Assembly (NCBI GenBank): GCA_947245515.1
Contig: CAMXQV010000002.1
Span: forward strand, 141 to 64,140
Source of the DNA: an uncultured Clostridium sp.
GTDB lineage: Bacteria > Bacillota > Clostridia > TANB77 > CAG-508
DNA: 64,000 bases
Direction: 5' to 3'
Positions 30,814 through 40,006 of the stretch are shown here, piece by piece. The notes under the pieces are model-generated. The model ran no database searches and was not told the origin of the DNA. It worked only from the letters and a program-made list of their open reading frames with translations. Position numbers and translations under genes: made by a program. The first letter of the stretch is position 1. Each line of letters starts with the position of its first letter.

Positions 30814-31467
30814 TCAAATTTTAAAAGAATTCCTATACTTTTTATAAGGAACCTTCTTTAATGAAAACTCTTCATCGTATACAATTCTAAATATTTCGAT
30901 TTTTAATCCATTTTCAAGCCCACGCTTAAGTTGATAATATATTTCTTCATATTTTTCATTTAATTTAATTCGTTTTATATTTGGATTCATAAGAATTATT
31001 ATTAACTTTTTAGAATATTTCCAATTATTAATTTCTTTTAGTTGTCTTAAAAAACGTTCTGTTTTAAACGTTGGAAATAAAGTCTCCTCATTTTCTGATA
31101 AAATTCCTTTTACTTCAATTAATTCTTTTGTTTTTGAATTAAAAAAATCTATTCTTAATTTATTACTAATTTGCTTTTCTCGAATTATAAAGTCGTTTTC
31201 TAGTAAAACTTTTTTATAATACAAATCATTTAAAGCTTTTAAATTCAACCAAATATATTCTTTGTTATCTTTAAGAGCTTGGACTACATATTTTGTTTTA
31301 GTATTTTTCCCCATATTTTTTTCTAATAAAACTTCTTTATCTTTTAAATCATATAATTTCTTAAATTTAGAAGATGTAGCCATATAACATGCTTCCTCTT
31401 TTCCATTTATATCAATAAAGGCAATAAATCTTCTATTAGCTTCTCTTTTAAATTTACCAATTATCAT
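30814..31467 (-). CDS. Hypothetical 217-aa protein with a possible PD-(D/E)xK motif; candidate small nuclease subunit of the adjacent RM system
   Basis: The segment RIDFF...ELIEVKG fits a D...ExK pattern. It lies in an operon with the methyltransferases, overlapping by 4 nt. The assignment is tentative. Confidence 0.35.
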   Translation of the reverse strand: MIIGKFKREANRRFIAFIDINGKEEACYMATSSKFKKLYDLKDKEVLLEKNMGKNTKTKYVVQALKDNKEYIWLNLKALNDLYYKKVLLENDFIIREKQISNKLRIDFFNSKTKELIEVKGILSENEETLFPTFKTERFLRQLKEINNWKYSKKLIIILMNPNIKRIKLNEKYEEIYYQLKRGLENGLKIEIFRIVYDEEFSLKKVPYKKYRNSFKI

Positions 31468-32492
31468 TTTATTTTCTTAAATACTAAAACTGCTTCTTTT
31501 TTTATTCTCTTTTGTGCCATTGTTTGATTTTGAAGATATCTAAAAGAATTTTCTTCAACTTTCCATCCATTATCTTTAAACAAGCAGATTGTCCAGTCAA
31601 CAAAATTTATTTTCTCTTTTTGTCTTGTAGTATCTCCTATAGTCATACACCAATATCCATTTGTTTTTACCATTTTCATTACATGTAAATAAATTTTTTC
31701 CATTTCATCAAAAAAATCCTTTATTGCTTGTTTTTTATTTCTTTTATTCCTAGCTCCTACTTCTTGATTACTTAAGGTTTCAACCTTTTTTTCCATCCAA
31801 TATAAAGTTAGTCTATGATATTTAATAAAATCTACTGCAAAAGGATATGGTGGAGAAGTTACTACTAAATTAATATTTTTAAAACTAGTATTTAATATAT
31901 CTGATTCTATACAAGTAACCGAAGTATTTATATTTTTTAACCAATCTGTTCTTTTGTATAATAGAGATAATTTTCTTTTAAATACTTTTATTGCATCAAC
32001 CTCTCTGTCAATATTAGGTAATACATTATCAGCAATATATCCAAGATTCCATGTTTTTCTACGTCTTGAACAATTATTAAGACAAGACAATAGTATTAAA
32101 TAAAATAAATTATAATATTTTTCATCTTTAATTTTTGATATATTATAATTCAATTCTCCCAATCTTTCTAAAATCTCATAGCTATACCAAATTTCTTTAT
32201 CTGGAAAGTCTGGTATTAGTATTTTATCTTGTTCCACTTTTAATATTTCTTTTGCATATTCTTTTATTTTCTCTATTTCATATTCTTGTGTCTTTACTTT
32301 AGAACATAAAATTCCTATTGGACTTAAATCAACTCCAATAACTTCCCTTTCTAATTTTAGACCTTCTAATAAGGTTGTTCCAGAGCCACAAAAAGGATCT
32401 AATACTAAATCACCTTTATTTGAATATTCCTGAATAAACTTTTTGGGGATTTCAGGATTAAATTTTGCGTGATATGGATATATATTATGCAT
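31464..32492 (-). CDS. DNA methyltransferase (N6-adenine or N4-cytosine, SPPY motif)
   Basis: Motif X/I reads YPYHAKFNPEIP...DLVLDPFCGSGTT. Motif IV reads NLVVTSPPY. Confidence 0.75.
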   Translation of the reverse strand: MHNIYPYHAKFNPEIPKKFIQEYSNKGDLVLDPFCGSGTTLLEGLKLEREVIGVDLSPIGILCSKVKTQEYEIEKIKEYAKEILKVEQDKILIPDFPDKEIWYSYEILERLGELNYNISKIKDEKYYNLFYLILLSCLNNCSRRRKTWNLGYIADNVLPNIDREVDAIKVFKRKLSLLYKRTDWLKNINTSVTCIESDILNTSFKNINLVVTSPPYPFAVDFIKYHRLTLYWMEKKVETLSNQEVGARNKRNKKQAIKDFFDEMEKIYLHVMKMVKTNGYWCMTIGDTTRQKEKINFVDWTICLFKDNGWKVEENSFRYLQNQTMAQKRIKKEAVLVFKKIK

Positions 32493-33267
32493 TTTTCCTA
32501 AATATTAAGCAATAATGATGATGTATATTAGATATAAATTTACTAGGGTATCCCCAAATACCTAGTTGTTTATCATCTTGGCACCAAATTTGTTCTCCTT
32601 CAAAAGAGAAACCACATTTTTCAATTTTGTTTACTAAGTCCCAAGCAAAGGTAACATATTTTCCATCAGAATTTCTAAAGTTTTGTACTACTACTACCAT
32701 ATATTTTTTTTCTTTTAATATCTTAAAACAATTCTTAAAAACTTTTGCTAATTCCTTTATAAAAATTTCGTAATCTTCAATATTTCCTAAATCCATAGGA
32801 TTATCTGAATAGTATAATTTTAAATTTTTTTCTTCTCTTTGTGTATGTTGTGAATTTGAATTTCCTCTTTTCTTTTTCAAAATATCCCAATAGGGTGGAG
32901 AGGTCATTATAAAATCTACTCCATCTGGAAATTTGTATAGTTTTTTGTCTCTACTGTCCCCTAATAAAATATTTTCTTCACCATATCTTTCGTTTGCTAT
33001 CTTGCAAAATTCATTATTTATTTCAATTCCATAGCCTATTCTTCCCTCTTCCTTTGCAGCAACTCCAGTAGATCCTACTCCCATAAAAGGATCAAAGACT
33101 GTTTCATCTATCTTTGTAAAAAACTTTATATATTTACTTGCTAATTCCTCTGGATATTTTGCTGGATGCTTTATAACATCATTTTTTCTAGTTTTTCCTT
33201 TAAGAATATACCATGATCTTGTTTCTTTAATCCATTCTTTGCCAGTTAAATCGTTAAGTTTATTCAT
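32485..33267 (-). CDS. DNA methyltransferase (second methyltransferase; N6-adenine or N4-cytosine, SPPY motif)
   Basis: Motif X/I reads KHPAKYPEEL...VFDPFMGVGSTG. Motif IV reads DFIMTSPPYW. It overlaps the downstream methyltransferase gene by 8 nt. Confidence 0.75.
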   Translation of the reverse strand: MNKLNDLTGKEWIKETRSWYILKGKTRKNDVIKHPAKYPEELASKYIKFFTKIDETVFDPFMGVGSTGVAAKEEGRIGYGIEINNEFCKIANERYGEENILLGDSRDKKLYKFPDGVDFIMTSPPYWDILKKKRGNSNSQHTQREEKNLKLYYSDNPMDLGNIEDYEIFIKELAKVFKNCFKILKEKKYMVVVVQNFRNSDGKYVTFAWDLVNKIEKCGFSFEGEQIWCQDDKQLGIWGYPSKFISNIHHHYCLIFRKNA

Positions 33268-33283
33268 TTTTTATCTTCCTTTC

Positions 33284-34990
33284 TTACACTCTTATTGTTA
33301 CATATGATGTTCCTAGAAATTTATTTGACCAAGTCCAAAAGTCTGGTGCTTGTATTCTTGATATATAATCTATTTTTTTATTATAATCAATTGCATCAAT
33401 AAATCTCATAAATTCTACATAACTAAAGGCTGTAACCATAGTCAATTTTGTTGTTTGTGGCATTATTGTACTCTGAATTTTTAAAAGTTTTTGTTTGAAA
33501 CTTAATCTATTTCCGCCTTCTCTGTAACCACCATGTATACCTTCTGTTTGTGGTATTTTATCACTATCTACAACCATATACCAGATACCATCATATTTTG
33601 TTTTTATCCTATCATCTTTTAAGGTATTTATTATATCGTCAATTTCTTTTCTTTCATCAAATTGCGTAATAGCTCTACCTGATTTTGCCTCAACTATAAT
33701 TCTTAGTTTTGTTTTTGAATTATCATCATTTAGCATAATAATATCCCATACTATATCAGATACTCTTTCTCCTATGGTATTAGCTCCCATATAGGTAACC
33801 TTTTCTTCTCCAAACTTATTTTTTAATAACTCATATAGGAATTCCTCGTATGCAGTACCATTTCCACTCTCAGAAATTTCTTTTCCCTTTTTGAATTCTT
33901 CTGTAGTTTCAAGTCTATTACTTAAAGGTAACTTATCAATTATCTTTATTTCCTTTAGATATTGTTTTACTAAGTTTCTATCTGCTAAATCTGTATCAAT
34001 ATTAAAATCATATAGTGAATAGTTATTATTATCAATAAGTCCTAAAGTCCTTAAATGATGTCTTAATTCATCTTCTTCAATTTTTTCAGGATGAGCTAAT
34101 CCCTTTAAAAATAATGGTGTAACTTCTAAATCGTCATATAAATCTCCTATAAATACAGCTTTTTCCTTAAAGCTATATTTATTAATATCAAAATCCTGTA
34201 AGTCAAAGCTTAAAGGTCTTTCTTCCACAACTTTTAAACCAATTCCTTCAATAAGATGCCTTTTTAGAAATAAGGTTCCCCTCTGAATTTCCCTATAATC
34301 AATTTCAGAAAATTCAGAACGAGTAATTGGCTTTATTAAGTATAAATCTATCTCATCTTCATTTTTTACTTTTCGTGTTATATAAGATAAAGTATTAGCA
34401 TCGATTTTCTTATAACCTTTTTCTTTAAAAATTTGCATAATTTTAAGTAATACTACAAAAGGCCTATTTCTTACATCATATTGTTCTATATTATCAGAAT
34501 TTTTTGATGCATTTCTAAACTTCATATTATATAAGATGTCAGAATAGCTAATTTCTCCTACCTTATATCTTTTTAAGGTATTTCCTACATAATGTCTTTT
34601 TTCATTTTCTATTGATTTCCCTTTATAATAAGAAGGCATCAGACCTGTAAAAGCAAAAAATTCAAAATAATCTCTAGCTTGCTCATTCCAACATCCATTT
34701 AAGGTCTTTTTAGGACTATAGGGTTTATTTTTTATATCTACATATTTTAAAGTTCCTTCTTTTATTCCATTATAATAGGATAATAATCTACCATCTTTTA
34801 TGAAATTCCTATACATACCTGGATGATATTTTTCAAATACGCCTTGTTTTATTTCTTCTTCAAACATCTTTGCTTTTAAATCATCATATAGGTAATATTC
34901 TTTATTTTCATCAATTAAACTAATAATAAATTTTATTTCGTCTGGAATTATTGCGTTATGTGGAAAATGAAAACCTGTTATTTTACTCAT
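33284..34990 (-). CDS. Putative Type II/IIS restriction endonuclease of 568 aa with a C-terminal PD-(D/E)xK domain
   Basis: The C-terminal half contains VSDIVWDIIMLNDD...LRIIVEAKSG, which fits D...ExK. The protein has a large N-terminal region and is adjacent to two methyltransferases. Confidence 0.5.
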   Translation of the reverse strand: MSKITGFHFPHNAIIPDEIKFIISLIDENKEYYLYDDLKAKMFEEEIKQGVFEKYHPGMYRNFIKDGRLLSYYNGIKEGTLKYVDIKNKPYSPKKTLNGCWNEQARDYFEFFAFTGLMPSYYKGKSIENEKRHYVGNTLKRYKVGEISYSDILYNMKFRNASKNSDNIEQYDVRNRPFVVLLKIMQIFKEKGYKKIDANTLSYITRKVKNEDEIDLYLIKPITRSEFSEIDYREIQRGTLFLKRHLIEGIGLKVVEERPLSFDLQDFDINKYSFKEKAVFIGDLYDDLEVTPLFLKGLAHPEKIEEDELRHHLRTLGLIDNNNYSLYDFNIDTDLADRNLVKQYLKEIKIIDKLPLSNRLETTEEFKKGKEISESGNGTAYEEFLYELLKNKFGEEKVTYMGANTIGERVSDIVWDIIMLNDDNSKTKLRIIVEAKSGRAITQFDERKEIDDIINTLKDDRIKTKYDGIWYMVVDSDKIPQTEGIHGGYREGGNRLSFKQKLLKIQSTIMPQTTKLTMVTAFSYVEFMRFIDAIDYNKKIDYISRIQAPDFWTWSNKFLGTSYVTIRV

Positions 34991-35201
34991 TTATTTCCTC
35001 CGAATTCTAGTTTTTATTTTATATTTTTTATCTAAAATAATAATTGTTATCTATTAATTTATATTTTATTTTATATCATAAAATCCTTATTTTAACAACA
35101 AAATTTGACAAATTTAGTTAATAATATGTTATCCTAGTTAAATTAATTGATATCTTTTAATATATATATTATAATAAAGTAAACATATAATATAAAAGGA
35201 T

Positions 35202-35414
35202 GTGATTGCAATGAAGCAAGCAAGTAAACTAAGAGTAGCGAGGGAAATAATTGAAAATAAAATAGCTGAATGTATGATTCAACTAAGAAACTCATCAGAT
35301 GAAGAATTACAAAAAAAATATAAAATATTAATAAATATTAGAGAAGAAATTTATAAAGGTAATATCAAAGAAATAGACAAAGTAATAAAAGAAGAAGGGA
35401 GTAAAAATGATTGA
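35202..35414 (+). CDS. Small epsilon-like antitoxin candidate of 68-70 aa
   Basis: It is predicted helical and acidic. It overlaps the start of the zeta-toxin gene by 8 nt. The more likely start is the ATG at 35211, which has AAAGGA upstream. Confidence 0.45.
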   Translation: MIAMKQASKLRVAREIIENKIAECMIQLRNSSDEELQKKYKILINIREEIYKGNIKEIDKVIKEEGSKND

Positions 35415-36330
35415 TTCAAGAATAAAAGCCAAAGATAGAATTTACAAAGAACTACCAGAGAATATAAAAAAACTCATGGAACAATATATATTACCAAGAA
35501 AAGAACATGAAAGAATTCTTGATGATATAAAAAAGCAATCATATTATGGAAAAAGAACAGAAAAACATCCAAAATTCATTATAGTAGCTGGACAGACTGG
35601 AAGTGGAAAAAGTAATTTAACTTCACTAATATATACCAAGAATAGTAATTTAATTATTATAGATTCAGACAAATATAAAGCATACAGATCAGATAACTCT
35701 GAAATTCTAAGAGATCACTTTGCAGAATATGCATTTTTAACTGCTCCAGACTCATATTTGCATAGAGATGAAATGATAGAAGATGCAATGAAATATAAAT
35801 TTAATATATTAATGGAGTGTGCAACATCTGAAAAAGACAAATTATTTGTAGATGTACAAGAAATCCAGAAGGCAGGATATAGTGTAGAATTGCATGTGTT
35901 AGGAGTAAGTTCATTAAATAGTGCAATATCAGTTCACGAAAGATATGAAGCCTTAATAAAATTAAACCTTAACACAGCTAAATTGACAGGATTAAGAAGA
36001 CATGATGATTCCTTTAATTCCTTAATTAGTGCAGTATTAGATAATAAAGATGTAGAAATTAACATATATAAAAGAGGAAAAAAATATCCATATGAACCAG
36101 AATTAGTGTACAGTCCAAATAATAAAAATAGAAGATTCTCATGTCCAGCAGAGGCCTTACTGTATACTCAAAGGCAAGATCTTAAAGAAACCATACCAAC
36201 AGTAGAAAGTAGATGTGAAATAATAAAAAAACAAATGAAAGCAAGACAAGCTCCAGAAAATCAAGTTAGACAATTAGCAGAAATAAAAAAAAGATATGAA
36301 GCTATTATTGAAAGGGAGATGGAAAAATGA
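35407..36330 (+). CDS. Zeta-toxin-family P-loop kinase
   Basis: The Walker A motif is VAGQTGSGKS. The zeta-type IIIDSDKYK motif is present. The 307-aa length fits zeta toxins plus a C-terminal extension. Confidence 0.7.
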   Translation: MIDSRIKAKDRIYKELPENIKKLMEQYILPRKEHERILDDIKKQSYYGKRTEKHPKFIIVAGQTGSGKSNLTSLIYTKNSNLIIIDSDKYKAYRSDNSEILRDHFAEYAFLTAPDSYLHRDEMIEDAMKYKFNILMECATSEKDKLFVDVQEIQKAGYSVELHVLGVSSLNSAISVHERYEALIKLNLNTAKLTGLRRHDDSFNSLISAVLDNKDVEINIYKRGKKYPYEPELVYSPNNKNRRFSCPAEALLYTQRQDLKETIPTVESRCEIIKKQMKARQAPENQVRQLAEIKKRYEAIIEREMEK

Positions 36331-37130
36331 AAATAATAATTTTAGGTACAGGACATGGATCTGCAACAGAATGTTATAATACATGTTTTACAATAAGAGA
36401 AAATGAAAAACATTTTTTAGTTGATGCTGGAGGAGGAAATGGTATATTAAAACAATTATCAAATATGAAAATTAAGGTTGAAAATATAGAAGCCATGTTC
36501 ATTTCACATACTCATACTGATCATATAATGGGATCTATATGGATTATAAGAATGATTGCAAGAAAGTATCTAGTAGAAGATTATAATAAACCATTTTACA
36601 TTTATGGAAATGATAAAGTTATAAATGCTATAAGAAAAATATGTGAAGTAGTATTACCAGAGAAATTTAATGAATTAATGAATAATAAAATTAAATTAAA
36701 TATAGTTGATACTGGTGATGAAATAGAAATAATAGGAAAAAAAGTCCAATTTTTTGATATCAAAGCTAAAAAAGTAAAACAAACTGGATTTGTTATGTGG
36801 CTAAAAGACCAAGAAAAGTTTACTTTCATAGGAGATGAAACATGTTCAAAGGAAACAGAAAAATATGTTAAAAATAGTAAATGGCTTTTTGCAGATGCAT
36901 ATATGGCTGGGAAAGAAGCAGAAGAATATAATCCAATAAAAAGACATCATCATAGTACTGTAAAATTCACTTCAGAATTATGCCAAAGATTGAATGTAGA
37001 AAAGGTCATATTATCACATACTATAGATACTGATTTAAAACATAGAAAGAAAAATTTTACTACAGATGCCAAAAAATATTTTAAAGGAACAGTATTTGTG
37101 CCAGATGATTTAGAAATAATACAACTATAA
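36327..37130 (+). CDS. MBL-fold metallo-hydrolase
   Basis: It has the HTHTDHIMG motif (HxHxDH). Its start overlaps the zeta gene stop as ATGA. Confidence 0.75.
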   Translation: MKIIILGTGHGSATECYNTCFTIRENEKHFLVDAGGGNGILKQLSNMKIKVENIEAMFISHTHTDHIMGSIWIIRMIARKYLVEDYNKPFYIYGNDKVINAIRKICEVVLPEKFNELMNNKIKLNIVDTGDEIEIIGKKVQFFDIKAKKVKQTGFVMWLKDQEKFTFIGDETCSKETEKYVKNSKWLFADAYMAGKEAEEYNPIKRHHHSTVKFTSELCQRLNVEKVILSHTIDTDLKHRKKNFTTDAKKYFKGTVFVPDDLEIIQL

Positions 37131-37235
37131 AATTAGTATTGAATTATAAGTAAAAAAATAAAAAATCTAGTCTAACCAAGAGAAACACGTCATACTATAA
37201 TTATATCAAATAAATTAAGATATTTAAAATAAATA

Positions 37236-37280
37236 TAAAAAATGAGATTTAATAAAATTTTAATTCAAATCTCATTTTTC
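37236..37280. terminator. Bidirectional terminator hairpin
   Basis: AAAAATGAGATTT and AAATCTCATTTTT form the stem around a 16-nt loop. The hairpin lies between the MBL gene (+) and spoIIE (-). Confidence 0.6.
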
Positions 37281-37313
37281 TATTAAACTTTTTACAAGAA
37301 AGATATTATTGTA

Positions 37314-37338
37314 AAAATTCTCCGTCCCCAGTGGCAAT
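37314..37338 (-). repeat. GC-rich motif copy (TGCCAyTrGGGACGGAGAATTTT) directly after the spoIIE stop codon
   Basis: The minus-strand sequence ATTGCCACTGGGGACGGAGAATTTTTAC begins at the TAA of spoIIE. It matches the arms of the inverted repeat at 51296-51373. Confidence 0.5.
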
Positions 37339-37339
37339 T

Positions 37340-39769
37340 TTAATCTTCCTTTTTCATAAATTTGCAAACCATTATACTCATATCATCTTTCGGAATACCA
37401 TAGTTATTGTCTATTGATTCATTTAAGATTAAATCAGCAATTTTTTGAGTATTATTTGTTTCAATATCTTCTAACATATATTTAAGCCATAATTCCTTAT
37501 TTTTATATTCAACATTTGAATCTAATATTCCATCTGTACACATTATCATGATGTCTCCAGAGCATATATCTTTATCAAAGGTTTGTATATCAGTATCCTC
37601 CATTATACCAGCTGGCAAAGAAGTTGATTTTATTATTTTAACTTTATTTTTATTTTTTACATAAGTTGGGCAAGCTCCACTTTTTATTAGTTCTATAGTT
37701 CCTACATACAAGTCTATAATTGCAATATCAATTGTTGAAAATATTTCTTTATTTGTATTTATCAGTGCACTATTTATTAATTGTAAAGATATTTCTTTTT
37801 CAAAACCTGATTGTAATAGGTTTTCTAACATTCTTATGCATTGGTTACTACTTTCTTTAGCATTTTTTCCGCTTCCCATACCATCACTTATTGCAACTAA
37901 ATATTTTCCGTCTTTTAACCTTATATTTAACATGCTGTCACCTGATACAGTACTATTATTTTTAACAGTTTCAGCTTTTCCAAAAGCCATTACATATTTA
38001 TCATCTGATAAGAAATTTAATTTATTTCCGACACTTAAATCGCTATTTAGTACTATTTTTTCTTTTAATATTTGTGTTAATATTTTTTCTATTGCATTTA
38101 TTTTTGAAGTTTCTATTACGTTATTTAGATAGATTTCTATAATAAATCTTTGCTCTTTTTTTATAGAGATGTCTTCTATTTGAATTCCCTTTTGTTTCAG
38201 AATTTCTAATATTTCAAGTTTTTCTTTTGAATATTTTTCTTCTATTTTTATTCCCTTTTCTATGTCATCTGCTAAATTCTGTATTGCTTCTGATACATGA
38301 TTTAGTTGTTTTCTCATATTATTATTATTTTGTTCTACTCTCTTTCTCCATATGAAATCTGATTTACTTATTTTATAAGACATATTTATTGTTCTTATCA
38401 TTTGATTTATTGTTGTTTCTAAATATTCACTAATTTCGTTATCTTCCAAGCCTACTATGTAACTATTGCACTCTGCAAATATTTCTAATAAGGATTTTCT
38501 ATCTATTTCTTGCTTATCTAAAAGTCTTGTAAATATTTTATCAATAATTTTTCCATCTACTTGTGCAATATCATCATATAACATATTATCTCTATAAGGC
38601 TCTAAATTATTTAATAATTCCGCTATAAATATTTGCTTATTAGCATCTTTATGGGTACTGTCAATTTCTTGTGAAGTTTTATTGTTTTCTTGTTTATAGG
38701 AAGTTGCCATATCTTGAATTACTTCTGAAACTTTGTTTAAATTTTCTATCATTTCTTTACTATTATCTAAGGTTCTGTTTGGTATTACAGGTAAACATTG
38801 CGATTTTCCAACAAATTCCTCTAAGTCTAATCTAAAGGTCTTTGGTATAGCAAGTAAACCTATTGAAGCTATTAATATCTCTTTAAAATAAATTAATTCT
38901 ATTGTATAACCATTTGAAACATATGCAAGTACTATATTTCCTAAGATAAACCCAACTATTACACCTATTTTTCCAAATCTATTTAACATACCTGAAATCA
39001 TTCCAGATATTGCATAGGCTGCTATCATTATTGGCTCAGATCCTGTTATTACTCCAAGTGTTACTCCTATTGTCACTCCTGATGTTGTTCCAATTAATAT
39101 TCCATTTTTCCATCCTAAAATCATAACAATTAAAATGCTTAATACATTTCTAAGGTTAAAGCCATATATACTAAATCCATCAAAAGCACTTACTGCAATA
39201 GCCATTAATAAACTTGCACCTATTAATTCTTCAATAGAAAAGGCTCTGCTTTTATTAAAGTCTTGCAATACTACTATTGAATTTACAAATATCTTGTAAA
39301 ATACTAAGGCTATAATTGATACTGTAAAGGTAAACAATAGGTCATATATTGTAAAATGTGACATTGCAAGTTTGATTATTTGTATTAAAAAAGTTGAAAG
39401 AAATACATTTTTTCCAAGCTTAATTTTTTCATTTCTTTCTTGCTCATTAAATTTTGGCTTAAATATAAATAGTGTTATTATCATTGCCATTGAAGTTAGA
39501 AAATATCCTAGGGCTCCACCTGTTCCATATTTTATCACATTTCCTATTAATGAAAATATTATAATTCCTAAGGCTGGAATTTCTGTTGCGAAACATGCCC
39601 CTAAAATACTTATACTAAATATTGAGTAATCTCCATTTAATCCTACTAAGGATATCATAAAAGAAATTATATATATTACTATATTTTTCTTTGTAATTAA
39701 ATTTGAAAATATACTTTTTTCTTTTATTTCTATTGTATCTTCCTTTATATTTTGAAACATCCTTACCAC
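37340..39769 (-). CDS. spoIIE: Stage II sporulation protein E (membrane-bound PP2C phosphatase)
   Basis: A polytopic N-terminal half of about 10 transmembrane segments is followed by a PP2C domain (AISDGMGSGKNA...MIMCTDGILDSN). The length is 809 aa. Confidence 0.85.
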   Translation of the reverse strand: MVRMFQNIKEDTIEIKEKSIFSNLITKKNIVIYIISFMISLVGLNGDYSIFSISILGACFATEIPALGIIIFSLIGNVIKYGTGGALGYFLTSMAMIITLFIFKPKFNEQERNEKIKLGKNVFLSTFLIQIIKLAMSHFTIYDLLFTFTVSIIALVFYKIFVNSIVVLQDFNKSRAFSIEELIGASLLMAIAVSAFDGFSIYGFNLRNVLSILIVMILGWKNGILIGTTSGVTIGVTLGVITGSEPIMIAAYAISGMISGMLNRFGKIGVIVGFILGNIVLAYVSNGYTIELIYFKEILIASIGLLAIPKTFRLDLEEFVGKSQCLPVIPNRTLDNSKEMIENLNKVSEVIQDMATSYKQENNKTSQEIDSTHKDANKQIFIAELLNNLEPYRDNMLYDDIAQVDGKIIDKIFTRLLDKQEIDRKSLLEIFAECNSYIVGLEDNEISEYLETTINQMIRTINMSYKISKSDFIWRKRVEQNNNNMRKQLNHVSEAIQNLADDIEKGIKIEEKYSKEKLEILEILKQKGIQIEDISIKKEQRFIIEIYLNNVIETSKINAIEKILTQILKEKIVLNSDLSVGNKLNFLSDDKYVMAFGKAETVKNNSTVSGDSMLNIRLKDGKYLVAISDGMGSGKNAKESSNQCIRMLENLLQSGFEKEISLQLINSALINTNKEIFSTIDIAIIDLYVGTIELIKSGACPTYVKNKNKVKIIKSTSLPAGIMEDTDIQTFDKDICSGDIMIMCTDGILDSNVEYKNKELWLKYMLEDIETNNTQKIADLILNESIDNNYGIPKDDMSIMVCKFMKKED

Positions 39770-39967
39770 CTCTTTGCTTTTTATGGCTTTATTTTACTAC
39801 TTGTCCTTCGTGGTTTTTGTCTTTTTTAGTAGTCTAACTAAAAAAACTTTTTTACATTTTATGATATTATTTTTTTGTTTTTTATCTTAAATATCTTTTT
39901 ATGCCCTTTATTTTATTATATATGGTCGAAAATTGCAATATTTTTATAGTAATCGCCTAAAAAAAAT

Positions 39968-40003
39968 AAAAGTGTCAAAAGACTAAACTTTTTGACACTT
40001 TTA
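39968..40003 (-). terminator. Rho-independent terminator downstream of the giant adhesin gene
   Basis: AGTGTCAAAAG and CTTTTTGACACT form the stem. A U-run follows on the minus strand. Confidence 0.6.
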
Positions 40004-40006
40004 TAA

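Noticed and set aside
31464-33267. The two methyltransferases as circularly permuted beta-class enzymes, or as one split gene
   Set aside because: The motif order X, then I, then IV is the normal gamma or alpha order. Each ORF has its own complete motif set and they overlap by 8 nt as separate genes. There is no evidence of a split.
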